A stretch of 54,979 bases of DNA. Origin: an uncultured Thermotogae bacterium. Its GTDB lineage: Bacteria; Bipolaricaulota; Bipolaricaulia; UBA7950; UBA9294. Both the position numbers and the translations under genes were made by a program. This document shows, in pieces, positions 28,095 to 37,266 of the stretch. Where the stretch lies: NCBI GenBank assembly GCA_964523545.1, contig CAZFZM010000003.1, forward strand, positions 1,661 through 56,639, written 5' to 3'. Positions within the stretch are counted from its first letter, which is position 1; every line of letters begins with the position of its first letter. The notes below the pieces were generated by a model that was given only the letters and a program-made list of their open reading frames with translations, ran no database searches and was not told the DNA's origin.

Positions 28095-29255
28095 GTGCCT
28101 GAGGCATACGTGAGCTTGGCGAAGAGGACGCCCATTGGCGAGTTCCGTGAGGGGCTCAGCGGTATGCTCGGCGTAGAGCTCGCCGCGACCCTTATCCGCA
28201 ACAGCGTGGAATCAGAGTTAGTCTTTCCGCCTGACGTTTCCGAAGTGATTCTTGGGAACGTTCTTCAAGCGGGGCAAGGCATGAATCCGGCGAGGCAAGC
28301 TGCTGTTCGCGGCGGTCTTCCGTATTCAGTCCCCGCGTACACAGTCAATATGGTCTGTGCGTCAGGTCTTCAGTCTATTCTGTTGGCCGACCAGAAGATC
28401 CGAGCTGGTCACGCTTCGTGCATCCTCGCAGGGGGCTTCGAGAGCATGAGCAACGCTCCACACGCTCTTCAGAGGCTCCGGAATGGAGTGCCGCTAGGGG
28501 GGGCCTCAATTGACGACCTACTGCTGAGGGACGGTCTCTGGGATTCGTTCTACGACTGCCATATGGCAGAGACAGTCGAGCGGCTTGTACAGAAGCGTGG
28601 GATCTCACGGTATGCCCAAGATGAGTATGCCCTGGGTAGCCATCGCAAGTCCGTTGCAGCTCGCGATGAAGGGTGCTTCGATGACGAAATCGTGGTGGTT
28701 CAGAACCCGAAAGCTGAGTTAGCTCATGATGAGCGCCCAAGGGCTGATACCAATCTCGAGAAGCTGGGGCGTCTCCGACCGGCATTCAAGGAAGATGGCA
28801 CGATCACGGCCGGGAATGCTTCCGGCCTGAATGACGGGGCAGCACTTCTCATGTTGACTACGGAGAAGGGACAGGGCGATGGCCTGCGGGCAGTCATTGA
28901 GAGCAGCGTGACGGTCGCGGTGGATCCAGTCGATATGGGTATTGCGCCGGCTCAAGCGGTGCAGAGGTTGCTTGACACCAACAATCTACAGACGAAGGAT
29001 ATCGATCTCTGGGAGTTGAACGAGGCATTTGCTGGACAGGTCCTGGCTGTCTTGCAGGATGTGGAGATCCCCCTCGACAGATTGAACGTGAACGGGGGGG
29101 CGATTGCGCTCGGTCATCCCATTGGGTGTTCCGGTGCGCGGATTGTTGTGACACTACTGCATGAGATGAAGCGTCGCGACATGGAGTTAGGGGTAGCTGC
29201 TCTCTGTGTTGGAGGAGGGTTGGGTGTCGCTGTCCTTGTCCGACGTGTGAAGTAG
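28095..29255 (+). CDS. Acetyl-CoA acetyltransferase (thiolase II)
   Basis: RTPIG, GNVLQAGQGMNPARQ, VNMVCASG, NEAFA, NGGAIALGHPIG, LCVGGG. Confidence 0.93.
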   Translation: MPEAYVSLAKRTPIGEFREGLSGMLGVELAATLIRNSVESELVFPPDVSEVILGNVLQAGQGMNPARQAAVRGGLPYSVPAYTVNMVCASGLQSILLADQKIRAGHASCILAGGFESMSNAPHALQRLRNGVPLGGASIDDLLLRDGLWDSFYDCHMAETVERLVQKRGISRYAQDEYALGSHRKSVAARDEGCFDDEIVVVQNPKAELAHDERPRADTNLEKLGRLRPAFKEDGTITAGNASGLNDGAALLMLTTEKGQGDGLRAVIESSVTVAVDPVDMGIAPAQAVQRLLDTNNLQTKDIDLWELNEAFAGQVLAVLQDVEIPLDRLNVNGGAIALGHPIGCSGARIVVTLLHEMKRRDMELGVAALCVGGGLGVAVLVRRVK

Positions 29256-29266
29256 GGGGGCGTCTG

Positions 29267-29941
29267 TTGCCATCAAGCCAGGCAATCATCTTGGGTGCTG
29301 GCGGTTTCGGTCGTGAGGTTCTGTGGCTGATACGAAGCCTTGGGGCGTCGCCAGCCGATACAGAGTTGGATGTCGTGGGCTTTGTCGACGACGATCCGGC
29401 GAAAGCCGGGCTGACTGTGTGTGACGTTCCAGTCCTGGGGGGAACAAGAGCACTCAGGGAGGAGTTCGATCATCTCTACCTCTGCGTCTGCGGACACGGC
29501 GACCCGGCTGTCAAACGCGAGCTTGTCGAGACAACCCGAGACTACGTGAAAGGGTTCCCCGTTGTTGCTCATCCATCTGTGAAGCAGTCCGAATACGTTG
29601 CTATAGGTGCAGGATCCATCTTGACTGCCAACTGCGTTCTGACGACCCAGATTACGCTAGGGGAGTTCGTCACAGTGAATCTGGCGTGTACGATTGGGCA
29701 TGACGTAGAGATTGGGGACTACGTCACACTTGCACCTGGGGTCCACGTCTCTGGGAATGTGCGAATTGGAGAAGGCGTGAAGATAGGCACTGGAGCGGTC
29801 CTCCTGCCCAGCGTCGCAATCGGGCCTGATACGATCGTTGGGGCTGGCGCCGTAGTCACAAAGGATCTGCCTAGTGGAGTCGTTGCTGTTGGTGTTCCTG
29901 CTCGTGTCGTGCACGAATGTGGCGCGGATCAAAGGGAATGA
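29267..29941 (+). CDS. PglD/NeuD-family amino-sugar acyltransferase
   Basis: LGAGGFGREV, GFVDDD, HPS, TIGHD, hexapeptide repeats, VGVPAR. Confidence 0.88.
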   Translation: MPSSQAIILGAGGFGREVLWLIRSLGASPADTELDVVGFVDDDPAKAGLTVCDVPVLGGTRALREEFDHLYLCVCGHGDPAVKRELVETTRDYVKGFPVVAHPSVKQSEYVAIGAGSILTANCVLTTQITLGEFVTVNLACTIGHDVEIGDYVTLAPGVHVSGNVRIGEGVKIGTGAVLLPSVAIGPDTIVGAGAVVTKDLPSGVVAVGVPARVVHECGADQRE

Positions 29942-29971
29942 CGTTCCCACGACTCTGAATGGGATACACGC

Positions 29972-31075
29972 ATGGTGGAAGAGATTCGCGTAGGTGTCAC
30001 CGGAGTAGGTGGCGGTGTCGGTCAAGCGATTCTTCGCTCCCTGTCGCTCAGTGCACTCCCGGTTTGCAGCGTCGGCTTCGACATGAATCCCGACTCCGCG
30101 GGCTTCTTCTTCTGCGATCGTGCCTACGTGGTTCCGCCTGCGTCGAATCCCTCCTACATCGGACGGTTACTGGATCTCTGCGACCGAGAGAAGATCGACG
30201 TCCTGATTCCGGGATCGGATCCGGAGCTTCTCCCGTTGACACTTGCCAGGGACCGAATCGGCGAAGCCGGAATCCAAGTGCTTGTGGCTGCTCCGGAGGC
30301 CATACGGCTCGTCCGGAACAAACGGGAAACAGCACGGTTTCTCACTGAGCGAGACCTCCCGTTTGCTGAGACTGCGCTGGTGAACGAGGCAACCGAGCTC
30401 CTAGCGCGTGTAGGGTTTCCCCTTGTTGCCAAGCCAATCGACGGCTCTGCCACTCGTAATGTTCACATCCTTTTCAGTTCAGACGAACTCGAGGAGTATG
30501 TAGGGCGCGAGGGGCTGATCGTGCAGGAATACCTCGCCCCGGCCGCGTGGGGAATCCCGCGCCCCATGCTCCGGCCGGAAGATGTCTACAGTGACGGGAT
30601 TCTCCGCCAGGAAGAGGAGATCTCGATCCAGTTTGTCTTCAGTCAGAATGCCAGGGAGTTGGGAAGCTTCACGAGTCGGAACCGTCTGATGAACGGCGTG
30701 CCGATGCTGATCGAACCGGAAAGTCACCTTGAAGCCCTTGATGCTGCGCGTCGGATCTGTCACGAACTCCTCACGCTTGGAATGACCGGACCGTGCAATC
30801 TCCAAGGAAAGCTAACGGAGGACGGGATTGTCTTCTATGAGATCAATCTCCGGTTCACGGGCATCACCGCGATGCGGACTGAGATGGGGTTTCGAGAGGT
30901 CGAGGCGGCCATTCGCGACGCCTTCTCCGGCGAACCGGAAGATTCCGTTGGTCGGCTCTTGGTACAACCGGATGATCTCGTCTGCCTACGCTACGTTACA
31001 GAACAGGTCACCTCGCGGACGCTTCTCGAACAGCTTCGCAGGGAAGGCCGGTCGGGTCTCGGAGAGGAGAGATGA
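29972..31075 (+). CDS. ATP-grasp domain protein (carbamoyl-phosphate-synthase/PylC-like)
   Basis: VTGVGGGVG, IPGSDPEL, KPIDGSAT, IVQEYL, NLQ, EINLRFTG. Confidence 0.85.
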   Translation: MVEEIRVGVTGVGGGVGQAILRSLSLSALPVCSVGFDMNPDSAGFFFCDRAYVVPPASNPSYIGRLLDLCDREKIDVLIPGSDPELLPLTLARDRIGEAGIQVLVAAPEAIRLVRNKRETARFLTERDLPFAETALVNEATELLARVGFPLVAKPIDGSATRNVHILFSSDELEEYVGREGLIVQEYLAPAAWGIPRPMLRPEDVYSDGILRQEEEISIQFVFSQNARELGSFTSRNRLMNGVPMLIEPESHLEALDAARRICHELLTLGMTGPCNLQGKLTEDGIVFYEINLRFTGITAMRTEMGFREVEAAIRDAFSGEPEDSVGRLLVQPDDLVCLRYVTEQVTSRTLLEQLRREGRSGLGEER

Positions 31076-31079
31076 ATCG

Positions 31080-32018
31080 GTGAGGGTGCTTATCACCGGA
31101 GCGACAGGGTACTTCGGTGCGGAGGTCACCGCTGCGTTGCTCCAGTCCTCTGACTCTGCCGTCACAGCACACGGACGGAATCAGAGCAGGATTGAGCAGC
31201 TCCGCGAGCGCTTCCGTGCGCAGTCCGACCGTCTGCGTTCCGTGAACGGGGATCTGTTTGAGCTCGACGAGGTCCCGGAAGGGACGGACGTCGTCATCCA
31301 TGCCGCGGCAATCCGCGAAGTGAAGACTCCTGCTGAAATCGAGTGGATGAAGAAGGTCAACGAGGAGGGAACGCGCCGCCTGCTGCAACTGGCTGCGACA
31401 CATGGGCCGATGCGCCGCTTCGTATACGTCTCGACGCAGGGCGTCTACGGACGAACCGGCGCTCCATGGACCGAGGAATCCCCCTGTTGCCCGATGACTG
31501 ACTACGCGGCGACCAAGTACGAGGGCGAGAGAATCTCGACTCGGTTCTCGGACCGGCTGAGGATCTCGATTGTCCGACTTGCCAGGCTGTACGGCGTCAC
31601 GCCGTTCGCACGTTGGTCCGAGCTGCCGGCGGTCTTCGCCCGGCGGACGGTCGCGGGAGAGCCGCTCCCGATCTACGGTTCGGGAGAGCAGCGTTTCGAT
31701 CTACTCCATGTGTCCGACGCGGCTCGCTGCATCGCCTTGTTGGCGCGGGCCGACCTTCCGGAATCTGGGAGGGTCTTCAATCTAGGCGGCGGCGGGAGCG
31801 TGAGTGTCAACCGGCTTGTGGAGACGTTTCGCGGATTGGCTGTGAATCGTGGTCTTCCGCGAGTTCAGTTCGAGCGCTTCCCAGATCGGCGGGTCGAGGG
31901 TCCGCACCACTTGGAGCTGGACATCTCCCGGGCGAAGCACGAGCTGGGCTGGGCTCCGCGGGTGACGCTCGAAGAAGGGCTCACAGACTACCTCGAAGCC
32001 TTGGAGCAGATGCATTGA
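31080..32018 (+). CDS. NAD-dependent epimerase/dehydratase (extended SDR)
   Basis: ITGATGYFG, HAAA, STQGVYG, YAATK, GSGEQRFDLLHVSD. Confidence 0.88.
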   Translation: MRVLITGATGYFGAEVTAALLQSSDSAVTAHGRNQSRIEQLRERFRAQSDRLRSVNGDLFELDEVPEGTDVVIHAAAIREVKTPAEIEWMKKVNEEGTRRLLQLAATHGPMRRFVYVSTQGVYGRTGAPWTEESPCCPMTDYAATKYEGERISTRFSDRLRISIVRLARLYGVTPFARWSELPAVFARRTVAGEPLPIYGSGEQRFDLLHVSDAARCIALLARADLPESGRVFNLGGGGSVSVNRLVETFRGLAVNRGLPRVQFERFPDRRVEGPHHLELDISRAKHELGWAPRVTLEEGLTDYLEALEQMH

Positions 32019-32084
32019 TGCCGGTGTACGAGGTCGGCGATGACCTCGCTGATGGAGTAGGATGTCGTCGGATCGGAGACCGCA

Positions 32085-33206
32085 ATGAGAATCCCACTGG
32101 CGAAGCCGGACATCAGTAACAGCGAGATCGAAACCGTGCAGGAGGTTCTCGAAAGCGAGCGCCTGTCGCTTGGACCGAAGGTAGCCGCCTTCGAGGAAAG
32201 GGTGGCGACCTACGTCGGTGTGCAGTCTGCTGTCGCGGTGAACAGCGGGACGAGCGCACTCCATCTCGTTCTCGAAGGCCTCGGGATCGGTGAAGAGGAT
32301 GAGGTCGTGACGACGCCGTTTTCGTTCATTGCATCGGCAAATTGCATCCTGTTCGTGCGGGCCAGGCCCGTGTTCGTCGACATCGATCCGGAGACGCTGT
32401 GCATCGATCCACTGGCGGTCGAAGCGGCCATCACGACGCGGACGAAGGCCATTCTCGGCGTCGATGTGTTCGGACACCCTGCGGATTGGCCGGCGCTTGA
32501 GGAGATTGCGTCGAGTCACGGTGTTTCTCTGATCGAGGATTCCGCCGAAGCCCTCGGTTCGGAGCTCAGCGGCAAGCGGTGTGGGGCGTTCGGCCACGCC
32601 GGCGTTTTCGGCTTCTATCCGAACAAGCAGATCACGACCGGCGAGGGGGGGATGGTCGTCACCGACGATGCGGATTTTGCATCCCTCTGCCGGAGCATGG
32701 CGAACCAAGGGCGAGGAGACGGGGACGACTGGCTGAGCCACGTTCGCTTGGGCTACAACTACCGCATGAATGAGCTCTCGGCGGCACTCGGTTTGGCTCA
32801 GATGGGCCGAATCGACGAGATCGTGACGGCGCGGAGAAGGGTCGCGTACCTGTACGGCGACGCACTGAGCCGTGTCGAAGGTATTGTCTCTCCAGCCGCT
32901 GTTGGTGACGTGAAGGTGTCCTGGTTCGTCTACGTCGTCCGTCTCGCGGCCGAGTTCACGCAGGCCGACCGAGACACGATTCTCCGAGGGCTTTCCGAAC
33001 ACGGCGTCGGCTGCAGGAACTACTTCGCTCCGATCCACCTGCAGCCGTTCTATCGCGAGAGGTTTGGAACAACGGAAGGGGATTTCCCGATTGCGGAAGC
33101 CGCCGGAGCCCGGACGATCGCATTGCCCTTCTACAACGAGCTGCGCGAAGATGAGATCGAGTACGCCGTCAATACGCTGAAGCAAGAGATGGGGCGCCTC
33201 CGATGA
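32085..33206 (+). CDS. DegT/DnrJ/EryC1/StrS aminotransferase (PglE/perosamine-synthase-like, probably C4)
   Basis: NSGTSALH, EDSAEALG, FGFYPNKQITTGEGG, GYNYRMNEL. Confidence 0.92.
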   Translation: MRIPLAKPDISNSEIETVQEVLESERLSLGPKVAAFEERVATYVGVQSAVAVNSGTSALHLVLEGLGIGEEDEVVTTPFSFIASANCILFVRARPVFVDIDPETLCIDPLAVEAAITTRTKAILGVDVFGHPADWPALEEIASSHGVSLIEDSAEALGSELSGKRCGAFGHAGVFGFYPNKQITTGEGGMVVTDDADFASLCRSMANQGRGDGDDWLSHVRLGYNYRMNELSAALGLAQMGRIDEIVTARRRVAYLYGDALSRVEGIVSPAAVGDVKVSWFVYVVRLAAEFTQADRDTILRGLSEHGVGCRNYFAPIHLQPFYRERFGTTEGDFPIAEAAGARTIALPFYNELREDEIEYAVNTLKQEMGRLR

Positions 33207-35104
33207 GTGACCGAATATCGGACTGGCGCGACCTGTTCAGGATCTGGATCGGTCGAAGCGGCTTCCTCGCCGCGGACATCCTGGTCGTCTCACTCTCCCT
33301 CTACCTTGCGTTCTGGCTCCGGTTCGACGGACGCATCCCCGAGCCGCATCTCTCCACGATGCTGTTCAGCATTCCGCTGGCGGTCGGGGTGAAGATTCCC
33401 GTTCTCGCGGCGCTTCGGATGTACCGCTTCAGTTGGCGGCACGTCGGCATGCGCGAGATGCTCGGCGCGATCCTTGCGTGTAGTACCGGATCGGCGGTAC
33501 TGGCGGCCGCGTTCTTCCTCCTCCGCGAGATCGACCTGTTCGCAGCCGTCCCCAGGTCCGTCTTGGCGATCGACTTCGCTCTCTGCCTCATCGGGGTGAG
33601 TGGAGTGCGGCTGTCGAACCGGCTCTGGGTGCTCGTGTGGGAAAGGCCCCGCGCGCGCGACGCGCTGGGCAAGCGGGCGCTGATCGTCGGTGCCGGCGAC
33701 GCGGGAACAAGCCTCGTCAGAAGCCTCCTCGAGGAGGAGACGCGGCCGTACGTGCCGGTTGGCTTCCTAGACGACGACCGCAACAAGTGGGGACTGATCA
33801 TCCACGGCGTGCGGGTCGTTGGGGGGCGCAGGCAGTTGAGAACGGCGGCCGAGTCGCTGCGGGCAGAAGCGGTGCTGATCGCGGTTCCCTCGACGGGCGG
33901 ATCGTTCGTCGGCGACACCGTCGCCCGTGCGCGGGAGGCGGGGATTCGCGACGTGAGGATCCTTCCTCCGCTGAGCCAGCTGTACAGCTCGCGGATTCAC
34001 GCGCAGGAACTCCGCGAGGTCACGCCGGTGGACCTTCTCTACCGGGAACAGGTGTCGATCGACACGTCGGCGATCGAACGGCTGGTCCGAGGCCGTTCGG
34101 TGCTGGTCACCGGGGCGGCCGGCTCGATCGGATCGGAGCTTTGCCGGCAGTTGCTCCGTTTCGACGCCGGCCGGCTGACCTGCCTCGACAACAACGAGAC
34201 CGGACTCTTCTACCTGGAACAAGATCTGCAGAGACGGTTTTCGAACCGAGCGATTTCCTATTGCATCGGGGACATCCGCGATCGGCATCGGATCCGCCAA
34301 GTGCTGCAGGAAGAACGCCCGCGGCTCGTGTTCCACGCCGCCGCCTACAAGCACGTTCCGGTCATGGAGCGATCCGCGTCCGAATCGGTCAAAACGAACG
34401 TGTTCGGGACCCGGAACGTCGTCGAGGAGGCGTGCGCAGCCGCCGTCGAGTCGATCGTGCTGATCTCGACGGACAAGGCGGTCGATCCCTGCTCGATCAT
34501 GGGCGTGACGAAGCGAGTCGCCGAGCTGATCACACATTCGTACAACGGACGGTGCGACACCCGTTGCATGGCGGTTCGGTTCGGGAACGTCCTCGGAAGC
34601 CGTGGGAGCGTGTTGCCGCTGTTCGAGGATCAGATCCGACGTGGCGGACCGGTCACGATCACCGATCCCGAAATGCAACGCTACTTCATGGTCACCTCGG
34701 AGGCGGTCCTTCTCGTGCTGCAGGCGGCGGCGATGGGGCAGGGAGGCGAGGTTTTCGTGCTCGACATGGGAGAGCCCGTGTCGATTCTCGAGTTGGCGAG
34801 GGATCTGATCCGCTCCCACGGGCTGGAGCCGGACGAGGACGTCCCGATCGTCTTCACCGGGATGCGCCCCGGAGAACGGCTCTTCGAGGAGCTGCTGACC
34901 GCCGAGGAGGGGACCGATGCGACGACGCACGAGAAGGTCTTCGTCGCCCGGCTCGGCTCTCGCTGGGTGAGCGAGAAACTGGACGAACGGCTGGAGCGGC
35001 TTCTCGCGGCCGCGGAACGGGGCGCTCGCGAAGAGATCGTGGAACAGCTTCGCGAGCTAGTCCCGTCCTACCACCCCAGTTGCGGCACGAGAGACGAATC
35101 GTGA
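33203..35104 (+). CDS. Membrane-bound UDP-GlcNAc 4,6-dehydratase (PglF/CapD/WbpM family)
   Basis: 4 N-terminal TMs, VGAGDAG, TGAAGSIGSEL, HAAAYKHVP, ISTDKAV, RFGNVLGSRGSV, RPGE.LFEEL. Confidence 0.95.
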   Translation: MSDRISDWRDLFRIWIGRSGFLAADILVVSLSLYLAFWLRFDGRIPEPHLSTMLFSIPLAVGVKIPVLAALRMYRFSWRHVGMREMLGAILACSTGSAVLAAAFFLLREIDLFAAVPRSVLAIDFALCLIGVSGVRLSNRLWVLVWERPRARDALGKRALIVGAGDAGTSLVRSLLEEETRPYVPVGFLDDDRNKWGLIIHGVRVVGGRRQLRTAAESLRAEAVLIAVPSTGGSFVGDTVARAREAGIRDVRILPPLSQLYSSRIHAQELREVTPVDLLYREQVSIDTSAIERLVRGRSVLVTGAAGSIGSELCRQLLRFDAGRLTCLDNNETGLFYLEQDLQRRFSNRAISYCIGDIRDRHRIRQVLQEERPRLVFHAAAYKHVPVMERSASESVKTNVFGTRNVVEEACAAAVESIVLISTDKAVDPCSIMGVTKRVAELITHSYNGRCDTRCMAVRFGNVLGSRGSVLPLFEDQIRRGGPVTITDPEMQRYFMVTSEAVLLVLQAAAMGQGGEVFVLDMGEPVSILELARDLIRSHGLEPDEDVPIVFTGMRPGERLFEELLTAEEGTDATTHEKVFVARLGSRWVSEKLDERLERLLAAAERGAREEIVEQLRELVPSYHPSCGTRDES

Positions 35105-35766
35105 ACCCGGAGCAGGCCGCGAAGATGGGGTTCGGCGAGGTTCACGTCTGGCGACTCGGGACCGGTCCGACACGAGAGGATACCCGCGAGGACGTTCGCG
35201 GTATCCTCTCCCCCTACGTCGATCTTCCGCCGACGCGGATCGAGTTCCTACCGTTCCGGCGCGGCCGGCGGCCGCGGCTCGCACACGGAATCTGTCCCGA
35301 GCTTTCGTTCAACCTGGCTCACTCGGGTCGGGAGGCGTTGCTGGCCGTGACGAAGGACGGGAGGGTCGGGGTCGACATCGAACGGACGCGGCCGGTGCTT
35401 CGCCTCGATGGGCTGATTCGCCGCTTCTTCTCGGCTCGTGAGGCCGAGGGGCTCCTCCGCTTGGAATGGGAAGAGCGTGAGGCTGCGTTCTTCCGTACGT
35501 GGGTCCGCAAGGAGGCGTATCTGAAGGCGGTCGGGGGCGGCGTTCCGGACGGCCTGTGTCGATTCTCCGTGTCGGTCGCCCCGAATGGGCCTCCGACGAT
35601 TCTCTCCACGGCGTTGGAGGACGGTGGCGTTTCGTCGTTCTCGCTGCACGACCTCGACGTTCCCGAGGGGCACACAGGAGCCTTGGCCGTCGAAGGGACC
35701 GGGCATCGGATTCGCTACTTCGACGGAGCGAGCGCGCCGGGAGAGCAGCGGAGGAGGTCAGGATGA
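35101..35766 (+). CDS. Sfp-type 4'-phosphopantetheinyl transferase
   Basis: FNLAHSG, VGVDIE, FFRTWVRKEAYLKAVG; GTGA overlap with upstream stop. Confidence 0.9.
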   Translation: MNPEQAAKMGFGEVHVWRLGTGPTREDTREDVRGILSPYVDLPPTRIEFLPFRRGRRPRLAHGICPELSFNLAHSGREALLAVTKDGRVGVDIERTRPVLRLDGLIRRFFSAREAEGLLRLEWEEREAAFFRTWVRKEAYLKAVGGGVPDGLCRFSVSVAPNGPPTILSTALEDGGVSSFSLHDLDVPEGHTGALAVEGTGHRIRYFDGASAPGEQRRRSG

Positions 35767-36143
35767 GCGACGGTCAATGGATTGCCGCCTGCGGATTGGA
35801 CTGCGAAACGTGCGAGATTCGACGCCTGCCGTTCGATGAGAAGGCCGCCGAGGTCTGCCTCGCCTGGTATCGGGAGATGGGCTGGCTTACCGACGAGGAG
35901 GGCCTTGAAGAGGCGCTCGCCCGCAACATGACCTGCAACGGCTGCCGTGGCGATCGGACGGTCCATTGGTCGGTGAGCGACGAGGAGATCTGCTGGATCC
36001 TCGAGTGCTGTGTGGATCAGCGCGGACACGAGAACTGCTCGCAGTGCCGCGAATTCCCGTGCGACAGGCTGGTCGAATGGTCGAAGCAGAACGACGGATA
36101 CGGCAAAGCGCTCGCCCGCCTGGAGGAGATGGCCGGCTCGTAG
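35763..36143 (+). CDS. DUF3795-family Cys-rich protein
   Basis: AACGLDCETC, CNGC, CWILECC, NCSQCREFPC; GGAGG RBS. Confidence 0.85.
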   Translation: MSDGQWIAACGLDCETCEIRRLPFDEKAAEVCLAWYREMGWLTDEEGLEEALARNMTCNGCRGDRTVHWSVSDEEICWILECCVDQRGHENCSQCREFPCDRLVEWSKQNDGYGKALARLEEMAGS

Positions 36144-36146
36144 CGG

Positions 36147-37079
36147 CTACCCGGTGGCCCTGCGCTTCTCCTCGTACATCGCGCGGTCTGCCCGATTGAG
36201 AACGCGTTCGATCGATTCCTCGGTCCCCGGGTCCCAGTGCGCCGTTCCGATCGACAGGGTCACCGGGAACTCCGATAGGAAGCTCATCTGCCCCCGATGC
36301 GACATCTCCTTCTGGATGCGCGCCTTCACGATGTCCGTCTCCCCGTCCGTCTCGACGAGCAGAACGAGGAACTCGTCCCCGCCGTACCTCACGACGACAT
36401 CGGAGTCACGGACGGAGCCGCGGAGCGCCTCCGCCACCCGGCAGAGAACCTTGTCTCCCGTCCCGTGGCCGTAGTTGTCGTTGACCTCTTTGAATCGGTT
36501 GACGTCGATCATCAGGATCCCGATCGGGTGCTCGTAACGGCGCGCTCGGCTGATCTCGTTCTCGAGGATCTCCGCCAGGGCGTGACGGTTGAACACGCCG
36601 GTCAGCGGATCGTGGCGCGCCATGTACGAAAGCTCTCTCTCGTACTCCTTCTGCTCGGTGATGTCCTGCAGGCTCCCCTCGTACCAGCGGATCCACCCTC
36701 GCTCGTCGAGGACGACGCGGCACGTGTCCCGGACCCAGATCGTCGTCCCGTCCTGCCGCAGGAGCTGCGTTTCGAACCCCTGGACCACGTTCTCCTGAGC
36801 GAGGAGAGCGCTCTCCTTCTCTCGATCGACCGGGTTGGCGTAGATCTGTGAGGCCTTCGTGCCGAGGAGCGCGTTCTTGTCGGGGTAACCGAGCATCTCG
36901 ACCAGGGTTCGATTGGCGTCGACGATCAGCCCGTCGGGCGTTGTGATGTACAATCCGATCGGAACCCCCTCGAACAGCGAGCGATAGCGAAGCTCGCGCT
37001 CTTCCGAGGATCGATCCGACTCACCGACGTCGTGCTCTTCCCGACGTTTTCTGCGTCGACGCGTCTTCTCGAGCGGCAT
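36147..37079 (-). CDS. PAS-GGDEF diguanylate cyclase
   Basis: YRSLFEGVPIGLY PAS domain, DITEQK, HDPLTGVFNR, DVNRFKEVND.YGH..GD, RYGGDEF; start uncertain. Confidence 0.9.
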   Translation of the reverse strand: MPLEKTRRRRKRREEHDVGESDRSSEERELRYRSLFEGVPIGLYITTPDGLIVDANRTLVEMLGYPDKNALLGTKASQIYANPVDREKESALLAQENVVQGFETQLLRQDGTTIWVRDTCRVVLDERGWIRWYEGSLQDITEQKEYERELSYMARHDPLTGVFNRHALAEILENEISRARRYEHPIGILMIDVNRFKEVNDNYGHGTGDKVLCRVAEALRGSVRDSDVVVRYGGDEFLVLLVETDGETDIVKARIQKEMSHRGQMSFLSEFPVTLSIGTAHWDPGTEESIERVLNRADRAMYEEKRRATG

Positions 37080-37189
37080 TTGGGCAGACAGCGTACAGGA
37101 TTCCTCCAGGAACGCCAAGCGGACGAGACGGGCCGATGCGGCGGTCGCAATGAAAGCGACGACGCTGGAGCGGCCCGTCTCCGTTCGTC

Positions 37190-37230
37190 TTGACGAGCAT
37201 AATCATATTGTTATACTAACATAACTCGTC
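37190..37230 (+). promoter_or_regulatory. Sigma70-type promoter with overlapping inverted repeats (candidate ArsR operator)
   Basis: TTGACG (37190-95), 16 nt, TGnTATACT (-10 at 37212-17); ATAA-N8-TTAT between boxes; flanking GACGAG...CTCGTC. Confidence 0.65.
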
Positions 37231-37266
37231 TAAGAACCCGTTGGACCCACCTGCAGGAGGGCCAAG

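Noticed and set aside
33637-35100. 709-aa ORF read as a large fusion to the PPTase
   Set aside because: The N-terminal part is an Arg/Gly-rich alternative frame overlapping the PglF-like gene; the likely start is GTG 35101
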